NCBI RefSeq assembly: GCF_020885515.1
Contig: NZ_AP024987.1
Location: 300,001 to 332,000, forward strand
From: a cyanobacterium endosymbiont of Braarudosphaera bigelowii
GTDB taxonomy: Bacteria; Cyanobacteriota; Cyanobacteriia; Cyanobacteriales; Microcystaceae
Length of the DNA: 32,000 bases
Direction of reading: 5' to 3'
The notes beneath the pieces were generated by a model that saw only the letters and a program-made list of their open reading frames with translations, made no database searches and was not told the DNA's origin. A program made the position numbers and the translations under genes. Position 1 is the first letter of the stretch; each line of letters begins with the position of its first letter. Shown here piece by piece: positions 30,851 to 32,000 of this stretch.

Positions 30851-30871
30851 GAGTAGTTCCCTGCATTAATT
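30831..30871. terminator. Bidirectional terminator candidate between convergent menE and petF, overlapping the menE stop codon
   Basis: AATTAATGCAGGGA (30831-30844) / TCCCTGCATTAATT (30858-30871), 14 bp perfect, 13-nt loop; menE stop TAA at 30848-30850 is in the loop. Confidence 0.7.
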
Positions 30872-30902
30872 GATGCACTAACAATTTTAAATATAATTAA
30901 AA

Positions 30903-31202
30903 TTAATAAAGTGTTTCTTCTTGGTGAGTCATGATAACGCAATCGGATGTAGGATAAGCAACACAAGTAAGAACAAACCCTGCTTCTATTTGATCATCAT
31001 CTAGAAAAGATTGATCAGATTGGTCAACACTTCCTGAAATCAATTTACCGGCACAAGTGGAACAAGCACCTGCTCTACAAGAAAAAGGAATTTCCAAGCC
31101 TTCTTCTTCAGCTACGTCTAGAATATATTCATCTTCTGGAACTTCCAGGGTAGAATTAATTCCTTCATCTTCATTAGTCAAAGTTACTTTATAAGTTGCC
31201 AT
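30903..31202 (-). CDS. petF: Plant-type [2Fe-2S] ferredoxin I
   Basis: 99 aa; '[17 protein letters not shown]...[20 protein letters not shown]'. Confidence 0.97.
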   Translation of the reverse strand: MATYKVTLTNEDEGINSTLEVPEDEYILDVAEEEGLEIPFSCRAGACSTCAGKLISGSVDQSDQSFLDDDQIEAGFVLTCVAYPTSDCVIMTHQEETLY

Positions 31203-31390
31203 GATTGTCTCCTCTTCTCAAGTGAAGAATATTTTATCTTGACAATAAAATTCAAATATATGAACTTTACTGATAAATATCTACTACCTTTGATACTAAG
31301 GGAAAAAACTCTCAAGTATAAGGAGGGATTAGTAATGAGATTCTCAAAGAAACTTCAAATAAGTTTTACTTATGTTTCCTCTTAAGTAAA

Positions 31391-31447
31391 AAATCAATAT
31401 TTACTACAAATATTTCGTAAGTTATATTTGTAGTAAATATTCGATTT
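31391..31447 (-). terminator. Terminator of the GH116 gene
   Basis: AATATTTACTACAAATAT (31396-31413) / ATATTTGTAGTAAATATT (31424-31441), 18 bp perfect, plus AAATC/GATTT across a one-base bulge. Minus-strand reading gives ...GATTTTTTAC right after the stem. Confidence 0.75.
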
Positions 31448-31469
31448 AAATTCAATGCATAAGATAAAC

Positions 31470-32000
31470 TCAGTCTGTTAAGCTTGAAACTTTGTTAAGG
31501 GAGGTTGTTTCCTGAAGTTGATAATATACACTCCATATCGCCATAGCACGCAAATAATGGGATGCCCTAAAGGTTCCTGCTGGTGTAATTGCTTCAGGTG
31601 TTCGAAACTGAAGTCCATTTGAATATATTTGTTCGACTATAACTTTTGCTAATTTTAAAGCCTGATTTTTCATTCCCATTTGTATCAAGAAAGCTGATAA
31701 TCCAAAATTTATTCCTATCCAAACTTCTTGAGGATGAGTAGACTTAGGATTCTCTGGTGTACCATCAGGTTTTACACCGTTAGCAGCTCCATACTTTCCA
31801 TCATGAAAATTTAAAAAGCAAGCTTCATAAATTTTTGACAAAGCTAATGTTATGTAGGAAGCATCTACTACATCAGGTAACTTTAGTAAACGTGCGTAAA
31901 ATTGACCACAAAGCTGATCCGTCATGACTGTATCAGAACCACTTTTACTATCTAATTGATAGTACTCTCCATTCCACAAGGTGTGATGGTAAACCAAGCG
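31470..32000 (-). CDS. C-terminal part of GH116-family glucosylceramidase/beta-glucosidase, truncated by window edge
   Basis: Partial ORF open to the edge: 'MVYHHTLWNGEYYQLDSKSGSDTVMTDQLCGQFYARLLKLPDVV', 'HPQEVWIGINFGLSAFLI', 'TPEAITPAGTFRASHYLRAMAIWSVYYQL'. Confidence 0.85.
   Translation of the reverse strand, partial: RLVYHHTLWNGEYYQLDSKSGSDTVMTDQLCGQFYARLLKLPDVVDASYITLALSKIYEACFLNFHDGKYGAANGVKPDGTPENPKSTHPQEVWIGINFGLSAFLIQMGMKNQALKLAKVIVEQIYSNGLQFRTPEAITPAGTFRASHYLRAMAIWSVYYQLQETTSLNKVSSLTD

Noticed and set aside
1-32000. CRISPR array, transposase/IS element, prophage, toxin-antitoxin, restriction or other defence island
   Set aside because: No regularly spaced direct repeats, no transposase/integrase/nuclease motifs in the ORFs; the gene content is housekeeping or conserved cyanobacterial.

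Overview
AT-rich, low-coding-density chromosomal window that looks cyanobacterial. Supporting content: plant-type [2Fe-2S] ferredoxin, cyanobacterial-style group 2 sigma factor, DUF760 and DUF2232 proteins, MenE-like ligase for phylloquinone, CobS, an EGY/S2P-like M50 protease. About 22 protein-coding genes are supported: VOC protein, ctaC-ctaD-ctaE cytochrome oxidase operon, rlmD, RsbW-like kinase, sugar-nucleotide epimerase, class A beta-lactamase-like hydrolase, ndk, a solute-binding lipoprotein, a PPC-type secreted protein, cobS, AEC transporter, RNR small subunit, M50 protease, clpB, sigma factor, DUF760, DUF2232, an HTH/membrane protein, a DinG-like protein lacking a recognisable Walker A, menE-like, petF, and a partial GH116 glucosylceramidase. 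The most interesting element is not in the ORF track: a tRNA-Arg(CCU) gene at 12633-12961, split between anticodon position 36 and position 37 by a ~255-nt group I intron with no ORF. The other repeated signal is a set of long, mostly perfect AT-rich hairpins (14-22 bp stems) in intergenic gaps. Some fit terminators at gene ends; several (4434-4465, 16767-16817, 22662-22710) sit upstream of genes and are not explained that way. I found no CRISPR array, transposase, toxin-antitoxin pair, defence island or other clearly new multi-gene system. Large ORF-free gaps (about 1.1 kb at 16609-17733 and 22375-23466) and the absence of mobile genes would fit a streamlined or host-associated cyanobacterium, but that is inference.
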